From NCBI GenBank assembly GCA_032718475.1, contig JAUCBJ010003670.1, forward strand, positions 1-64,000: a stretch of 64,000 bases of DNA, written 5' to 3'. The notes under the pieces were generated by a model. The model was not told the origin of the DNA and did not search any database. It saw only the letters and a program-made list of their open reading frames with translations. Each line of letters opens with the position of its first letter. The stretch's first letter is position 1. Shown here piece after piece: positions 60,386 to 64,000 of the stretch. Position numbers and translations under genes: made by a program. Origin of the DNA: Nemertoderma westbladi (lineage: Eukaryota > Animalia > Xenacoelomorpha).

Positions 60386-62419
60386 TGACCATTCTTAATT
60401 TTTTTGCAAAAAAAATTATTTATATTTTTTCACTAAAATCGCTCTAACTTCGGTTCTGGTGGTCCAAATTCAATAAAATTGGTATATTCTTTGCCGTAAT
60501 TTTTTTCTTAATCTTTTGAGAAGGGGTTATTTTTGGCCCCAAAAAAATTAAAAAAAAGGGCCAAAATAACGCGATATTTTTCGACCCTTAAAATTCGTAA
60601 TTTTAATTATATATGTTAAGATAAAAGATAGCGGAGTTAATTTGATACTTTTTACAGGTACTTTTGGCGCAATACGCTAAATTAAAATGGAATAGCGATT
60701 TGTTAAAAAAAAAAATTTTTCGTCCCTATTTATAAATATTATATTTCACACGATCGCCTGCCGCTCCAGTTTTATAATACCTCCGGCGCTGTGATTAAAG
60801 CTGTTAGATAGATAATTTAACGCACTATAAGTCTGTGTAAACAAATCTCCCGTAAGTTAAGTAATTTTCGAGCTAGACGATTTCCCGCGAAGCAAGTTTG
60901 AAGCGCGAAATTATAATTTTGGCCCTCATTTTTTTAATATCATCCTTGGAGCAAAACCGATAGCATATTTGAATTCCTCGTATGGATATTGACTGTATAG
61001 AATGTACCTTAACCAACTAAAGTTAAAAATAAAAAATTATTCGATAAAAACTACTTTACAAATTCTGGCCCTTTTTGGCCCCTATTGCCGACATATTTTT
61101 TGTACCCCCATTCGATAGGAACGTAGCCCCAATGGTCTTCTACGAGTTTCATAAAAGAATTAGTGGATTCCTACCCGCGTTGTCGAATTAAACATTTCGG
61201 AAATAAGTTTTCCAAAAAAGACGGACAAAAACGTACAAATTTACAGCGCCCTTTTTCCACCCGAAATTTTAATAAATATCTTACCCCCATTCGATACGAA
61301 GGTAGTACCACTCTTCCCCTTTCCAACCGCGTTACTTTCGTCCCCGTACGATTAATATTAGCCGAGTTATAGCGGATCCCGCAAAGTCATTTTGTCCGTT
61401 TTTTCAACTTTGACGGACATTTTCGGAAAAAAGGCGTGTAATCTTTTTTGAAAAAAAAAACGAATTCACTAATTAATCCCTTCTATCGTATCCCGGCGTC
61501 GGCTAAGCAATAACCTAGGGTTTTTTCGAGCCACTGTAGAGCGCCTTTCAAAAAAATTTTAAAATTTTCGAAAAAATGACGGTATTTTGTCCGCCGTGTC
61601 CGTCGAGGGGTTAGATTTAATAATGTTAGAGTTGCTAATATCTTAGAATTCCGAGCCGCTCCCCTGGTGAGAAAATAAAAAAATTTGGTCAGTTCCTTCA
61701 TCGAAAAGTCCCCCAGAATCCCAAGTTAACCTATATAGTTAGCGATGGCCTGCGGCTTTAGGAGCGGCCGCGGTATTCACCTCCCTCATAGCGGCCGCGG
61801 CGGTGTTGCGTCAAATGGAGAAATATTTATCCCACCAAGGTGGACCCAAAATGAAGTTATACTTAAAGAACGACCACGAGGTAAAGGGAAAAGCGTGGAG
61901 GGGGGGGGGGGGGGGGTATGCGTCGAATGACACGAGGGGAGACGAACTGGACTCGTTAATTTTATATTACTCGAAATTGTATGTAATATATTTTCGCTCC
62001 CAGTCTACACTCGTTCTATATACCGGTGACCCATTAATATTAATATATACTACTCAGTCGTTTGTACATAATACGAAGCCTGTAAGTTATAGTCACCGAA
62101 ACATGTCAGCTCGGAAATTATAATATATGAATCAAGGATGTCTCTCTTATGATCTACATAGAATAGATATGGTTATTGATACTGTTACATTGTGATAATG
62201 GATTCTAGGTTTCTTTCACTGGTAAATCCGTATAAAAGTTGAAGTAATAAAATTTAATTACAGAACCATAGTTCGAAGATCAGCATTATTCATACCAGTC
62301 ATTGCTTAGAAATTTTACAGGATAATATTGTTAATCTGACTTAAGTTGTTTAGGTTGAACAAAGTCTACATAGTAAACAACAGGTCCTCCAAAGAGTGTG
62401 TCTTTGTTATATTATATCA

Positions 62420-64000
62420 TGAAGGGGGAAGTTAGATTCACTGCATAAATGCAGTTTATCTAACTTCCCCCAAATATCCACTGATGATTAAAATTGAAGC
62501 AATATATTAAGTCCGAAAAGGTTCGAGTTTTTTAATAAATTGTCTGGTCCATTTGTTATCTGATCTCTATTTATTGTTTAAAGTTCATTTAAGATCACAC
62601 TGGTTTTTAGAATATTACAACCTTATTTATTATTAATTTATACAATCGAACCCTTATAAGGACCGGTTATTTGTACACATACTCTTAATGCGCTCAGTAA
62701 GGTCCATACAACATATTAATATGAAAATAAATTATCTGCAACGAAAAGAACCCAATAATACACCATTTGACCTTATTAAAAAAAATTGCACATTTGCACC
62801 CATGTTTGCACAAGTGCACTTTAGCGGATCCTAAAGGTGGTTCCTATTTAACACACTTATGTCTATTCTCTACCGATCTACGATGGTGCATGATCAAGTG
62901 TCAGTCGCTAAAAGTGTCAAAAATCCAATTTAATAAATCGCGACATTTGCGATTTTGGACCATATTCATGGACAGTTTAAGTCACTTTATAGACATAAAA
63001 AGATAAACAAATGTTAAGATTATAGTTAGAAATCACTCCAAACTACATTTTAACCCAAAAAATAACATTCTAGGATGTATAGAACTTGAAATAATAGTGT
63101 TTGAAATATCGAAAAAATGTCCACTATTTAAGTGCATTTTGCACTAAGTGCACATGCGTCTTTTCCCAAGTTGTATCCTATTTCACACACTACAATCTAT
63201 CCTCTATCCAATGAAAAAAGATTCAGATCAAACGGCCCAGTAGAACCGAAGTTATTGATGTTTAAAAATAGTCACTCGAAAATTTCAAATTCACTTGGTC
63301 ACATAGTCTAGTGGTTATCAATCACGTTAATGAAACCTAAGTTCGTGGGTACGAAATCCAATATTGGCCATTCTTAATTTTTTGCAAAAAAAAATTTTTT
63401 TATTTTTTCACTAAAATCGCTCTAACTTCGGTTCTGGTGGTCTAAATTCAATAAAATTGGTATATTCTTTGCCGTAATTTTTTTTTCTATCTTTTGAGAG
63501 GGGGTCATTTTTGGCCCCAAAAAAAAATGAAAAAAAGGGCCAAAATTACGCGATATTTTTGGGCCCTTAAAATTCATAATTTTAATTATAAATGTTAAGA
63601 AAAAAGGTAGCGGAGGTAATTTTCTACATTTTAAATGTACTTTTGGCGCAATACGCTAAATTATAATAGAGTAGCGATTTATTAAAAAAAAAAAATTTTT
63701 CGTCCCTTTTTATAAATATTTTATTTCACACGATCGTCTGCCGCACCAGTTGTATAATAGCTACGGCGTTGTAACTAAGGCTGAAAGATAGATAATTTAA
63801 CGCTCTATAAGAATGTTTAAATGCGTCTCCCAGACGTTGAGTAGTTTTCGAGCTAGACGTGTTCCCGCGCAACCAGTTTGAAACGCGAAATTTTAATATT
63901 GGCCCTCATTTTTTTTATATCATTTGCGCAGCAAAACCAATCGAATATTTGAATTCCTCGTATCGATATTAACCGTATAAAATGTACCTTAACCATGTAG
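62420..64000 (+). mobile_element. Second, diverged partial copy of the foldback family (spacer plus start of right arm)
   Basis: Collinear with 58545-58880 plus 59739-61015 and lacks the MITE. Confidence 0.85.

Larger units (their letters stand above)
56425..61839. mobile_element. Large non-coding foldback element with ~1.53-kb inverted arms (56425-57957 / 60306-61839)
   Basis: The arms are near-perfect reverse complements, giving mirrored spurious ORFs 56563+/61483- and 56910-/61163+. No TSD or transposase found. Confidence 0.85.

Noticed and set aside
56563-62123. Mirrored short ORFs in the foldback arms
   Set aside because: Identical only because of the inverted repeat; no coding signature.

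Overview
Eukaryotic (animal-like, AT-rich) DNA made almost entirely of nested mobile elements. In order: a BEL/Pao LTR retrotransposon (minus strand, running off the left edge); an RTE LINE 5' fragment; four spliced exons of a host rhodopsin-class GPCR; a hAT>Kolobok-like>MITE/SINE nest; and an RTE LINE split by a piggyBac and a tRNA-derived SINE. The centrepiece is a decaying Polinton/Maverick (endogenous virus) at ~24569-56424 with pPolB, integrase, packaging ATPase, adenain-like protease, major capsid and two pentons. Its accessory genes are unusual: a TATA-binding-protein-like ORF, a PC4-like ORF and a RING-finger ORF. One penton gene is split by a Sola2-like transposon, which itself holds a non-autonomous BEL/Pao element with an atypical primer-binding site and an extra zinc-knuckle ORF. 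The Polinton right end is replaced by a 5.4-kb foldback with ~1.5-kb arms. All calls come from motif recognition by eye; no searches were run.
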